Shown here: one piece after another, positions 62,870-64,000 of the stretch
How the letters are laid out: each line of letters begins with the position of its first letter
Position numbering within the stretch: the first letter of the stretch is position 1
Assembly: GCF_004010195.1 (NCBI RefSeq)
Contig: NC_057719.1
Span: 14,952,269 to 15,016,268 of the forward strand
Reading direction: 5' to 3'
Length of the DNA stretch: 64,000 bases
Origin: Chiloscyllium plagiosum
Lineage: Eukaryota
Made by a program: the position numbers and the translations under genes
Notes under the pieces: model-generated
Told to the model about the DNA's origin: nothing
The model's input: the letters and a program-made list of their open reading frames with translations, nothing else
The model's database searches: none

Positions 62870-63900
62870 TTCAGGAGACAATGGGAGATCAATGCCATAA
62901 CCTTTCCCATTATTTTTGACACCCTTCCATTGACTATTGAGGGCTTCTTCAGAGCAATCCAGCCAAGGGGAGTGTTTCTTGGCATTACTAATATTTGGCT
63001 ATCAGTATAGGCGCGTTGTGCATGTGAGCATAGATTTCAAATCAGAGCCCTGTGCCATGTTACAAGTGGGTAGTAATCAGGCTGTGACGGGTGATGGTGT
63101 GTCAGATACAGTTGGCATATGGAGGACTGACTGCAGAACAAAGGAATCATGACTCAGGTTAATGAGAAGTTATCTGCATATTGCATTGCCTGTCATTCCA
63201 TGTACAAATTGGCTGGCTCTGGAGGCTGGATGACTGGCCTGTAATAGACACCAATACTAACAGGTTAAATTCCTCCACTGTAGTTCCTGAGAAAGATTCC
63301 CTTCACAACCTTTCCGCTTGCCTGAAGTGTGGTGACCCACAAGTTAAACACCACTCACGAGAGAGCGGTAGGACCATGGTGACTTTGCCTTGCCAACTGC
63401 ACATTGTGCGATTGGGATATTTCTGATTTATCAAAATGGGGCACGCAAAGTCATGTGTGTGCAGCCAATGACACCCTACACCAGGAGGACATCTACAGTC
63501 TCAGACAGGCCTTCGTGTTGGTTTTACCTGATTGCCTCTAGATAAGGAGAATGAGCTGAAAGTATCTGTTTATGTAGCGAGCTTCAGCAACTGTCTACTG
63601 CTTAAAGTCTTCACCCAGACACAAAGGTCAACAGTGACAGTCACCATGACAGCCATGGGTACCTTGTCTTTGCCTATCTTTACAGTTGTAGCTATGGTAA
63701 CAGCAGAGTTGCCAATTTCAGTGACTACCGCTTTCATGAGAAGTCATCTCATAGATTGGCCCTCACTGATTCAGGTCAGAGAATTGTTTCCTAAAGGTCC
63801 TTTTTGTAAATGACTTGCTGACCTTCTTTCCCCTCCTCTGCCTCTGCCTCCCTCAGATAGCTGCTTGCCCTGAGGTGCATGTTCTTGGTCTATTCAGTCC
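62870..63900 (-). mobile_element. Fossil PIF/Harbinger transposase, interrupted by a SINE at ~63200-63390
   Basis: Across minus-strand frames: RTFRKQFSDLN, KAVVTEI, PMAVMVTV, V*GVIGCTHMTLRAP (cf. QGAIDCTH), HNVQL, HDSFVLQ, YPLVTW, WLDCSEEAL. Confidence 0.7.
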
Positions 63901-64000
63901 TTGATGCTTCAGGTGCATAGAATGTGCCATAAACATAGTCAGGTGTGTGCAGTAACCAGGGCAGTTTGCTTTGTAAAAGAGGAAGACTGGAGTGCCTTTG

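Noticed and set aside
63532..63813. Plus-strand hydrophobic 93-aa ORF
   Set aside because: Antisense shadow of the Harbinger fossil.

Overview
Eukaryotic, repeat-dense, apparently non-genic or intronic DNA. HE1/V-SINE-like and Deu-type SINEs and abundant CR1 LINEs point to a cartilaginous fish (shark); this is my recognition, not a database result. I found no intact host protein-coding gene: every recognisable ORF is transposon-derived or a pseudogene fragment. Contents: many CR1 copies (two long ones retain ORF1 esterase, APE and RT), a Rex1/Babar LINE, Tx1-clade LINE fragments, decayed Gypsy and Gmr1-type LTR elements, solo LTRs, Penelope-like (PLE) fragments, a Harbinger fossil, a C2H2-ZF fragment, a 46-bp VNTR and three N gaps, all inside CR1 copies. 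The most striking structure is at 8.7-12.6 kb. There, about 11-13 5'-truncated, poly(A)-tailed Tx1-like 3' ends are stacked head-to-tail at one ATAAACAGGGG site inside a Gypsy solo LTR. Two of them carry 3'-transduced LTR sequence. This suggests a sequence-specific retrotransposon that targets another transposon's promoter region. Separately, several families of short PLE repeats carry minimal hammerhead ribozyme cores with covarying stems. Element boundaries are approximate unless a TSD is cited, and family names come from motif recognition by eye.
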